Part shown: in pieces, positions 62,673 to 64,000 of the stretch
Layout: the number at the start of each line of letters is the position of its first letter
Position numbering within the stretch: position 1 is the stretch's first letter
From: an uncultured bacterium
Lineage (GTDB): Bacteria; Verrucomicrobiota; Verrucomicrobiia; Limisphaerales; UBA8199
Direction: 5' to 3'
Assembly: GCA_963749495.1 (NCBI GenBank)
Contig: CAVVMW010000008.1
Span: 32,001 to 96,000 of the forward strand
Length of the DNA stretch: 64,000 nt
Made by a program: the position numbers and the translations under genes
Notes under the pieces: generated by a model
The model's input: only the letters and a program-made list of their open reading frames with translations
What the model was told of the DNA's origin: nothing
Databases searched by the model: none

Positions 62673-63953
62673 GCCGACGGCGCCCTCGGCGCCGGGATTG
62701 CTGGATTGCTGGCTAGGTGGATTGGTAGCCGCTACAGCCTTATCCTCGGCCCAAATTGCTTTGATGGTCTCTTCCTGGTTGAAGCCCTCCGGCGTGGCTG
62801 CACTGCGGGTGTTGGCCCAATACCACGACCGGTTGCCGACCGGCGCGTGCAGGGTGCGGCTGCCCGGCATCTCGAGCCAGCCGTTGGGGTCGTGCTCGCG
62901 CAACCACTTCCAGGCATAGCGCAGCCATTCGTTCCGATAGGATTCCGGCTGGTGCGCAAACCAACTGATCTCGTCATAGCCCCAGGTGAACCAGGGCGTG
63001 CCCGGTCGCCCTGGCCGCCGGCTGACGCCGTAGTTGTCCAACTCGACCAGGTAGGGCAGGTGTTCGCAGGACCAACCGCTCGGAGCCAGCTCGCCCTTGC
63101 TGCGAGCGTAGATGGTGTCCATGTAGCCGACCTTGAGCATGCCCTCCTGGGGTTTGTCCGGCACCTCAGCGATGCGTAGCGGGAAGGAGTGGAAATCCAG
63201 GAGCAGTCGGCCGTTATGCGCGATCCCGCCGCTGGGCACGTGGGCATCACAGAGAATGAAATGACGCCGGGCGTGCTGCGCGGCGTAAGCCCGCACGCGG
63301 GCCAGCAGGTCGCCCCAGTGCATGTGGTCCTTGTCCCGCTCGTCCATGATTTCCACCTGGCCGAAGTGGATGGCCTCGACCCCCACATCAATGTAGGAGG
63401 CGGCCAGAAACAGGAACCACATCCGGGTCTCGAGCTGGCTCATGTCGGGCACCGACGCCCCATTGCCCCACTGGTCCTTGCGCTTTCCGTCCGGGTAGAG
63501 CATGCCCGCATAGCGAAAGGTCCGTTGTTCGACCGGCAGGCCGAATTCGCGGAAGAGCCACTCGGGCGCAGGCAGCTTGCCGACGCTCGGAGTGACGATT
63601 TCAAAACAGGCGGCCTGGAGGATCAGGTCCGGGTCCGCCGCGTGCGCCTGGCGGGCAATGGGTTTGGCGGTCTCGAGCAGCGCCGGCAGAGCGTCCTCGC
63701 CGCCCCAGCGGTAAATGGCCCGCCCGACGAACTTGGCCCCGGTGTTGGTCAGGAACCGGAGGTTGTCCGTCACGCTACCTTTGCCGTGGAGGAAGTCGGT
63801 GAACGTGACGGCGCGAGAGAGATAATTGTCCAAGACCTCGCGAGACATCTTGCCGTCGAATCGGTAATCGCGTTCCGCTGCTCCCGAGGTCAAGGCAAGC
63901 ACGAGCGCCAAGCCCGACAAAGTAGCTCTTGTCATACGCATGGCGGGGAGCAT
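62622..63953 (-). CDS. Secreted hypothetical protein, possibly glycoside hydrolase-like; 3' end runs into the IS end
   Basis: Signal peptide; aromatic/acidic motifs EAIHFGQ, VELDNYG, WGYDEISWF. Confidence 0.75.
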   Translation of the reverse strand: MLPAMRMTRATLSGLALVLALTSGAAERDYRFDGKMSREVLDNYLSRAVTFTDFLHGKGSVTDNLRFLTNTGAKFVGRAIYRWGGEDALPALLETAKPIARQAHAADPDLILQAACFEIVTPSVGKLPAPEWLFREFGLPVEQRTFRYAGMLYPDGKRKDQWGNGASVPDMSQLETRMWFLFLAASYIDVGVEAIHFGQVEIMDERDKDHMHWGDLLARVRAYAAQHARRHFILCDAHVPSGGIAHNGRLLLDFHSFPLRIAEVPDKPQEGMLKVGYMDTIYARSKGELAPSGWSCEHLPYLVELDNYGVSRRPGRPGTPWFTWGYDEISWFAHQPESYRNEWLRYAWKWLREHDPNGWLEMPGSRTLHAPVGNRSWYWANTRSAATPEGFNQEETIKAIWAEDKAVAATNPPSQQSSNPGAEGAVGHGFGGSLRKLLLINWI

Positions 63954-64000
63954 GGCACGCGCGTCCGCTTGCCGGCGAGCGGGAAAAACCAGCTCATTCA

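Overview
GC-rich bacterial chromosome segment. The gene content (Tat-exported enolases, GH36, BlaI/BlaR1-propeller, four-helix-bundle remnants, many REP-like hairpins) suggests a Verrucomicrobiota-like organism, which is an inference. Housekeeping content: an aceE-aceF-lpdA pyruvate dehydrogenase operon with lplA, a second E1alpha/E1beta/E2 2-oxoacid dehydrogenase operon, tig, msrB, two sigma-54 regulators, a histidine kinase, hydrolases and a sugar-acid catabolic cluster. Accessory content: (i) a tandemly duplicated cassette of a RadC-type HhH gene plus a DNA methyltransferase-nuclease gene, whose two copies carry complementary lesions and differ in one variable segment (16.6-21.8 kb); (ii) a defence-like island with a beta-class MTase, a MutH/Sau3AI-like nuclease, an unknown gene and a convergent, translationally coupled FRG-domain + SET-domain pair (46.1-49.7 kb), the best candidate for an undescribed system; (iii) heptamer tandem arrays at gene junctions, several as inverted arms, one pair enclosing a four-helix-bundle gene remnant; (iv) nested IS elements (58.8-62.7 kb). 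Many genes, including aceE and tig, carry single-base frameshifts, often in homopolymers. This points to assembly errors, so frameshift-based pseudogene calls are unreliable. All family assignments are by motif recognition; no searches were run.
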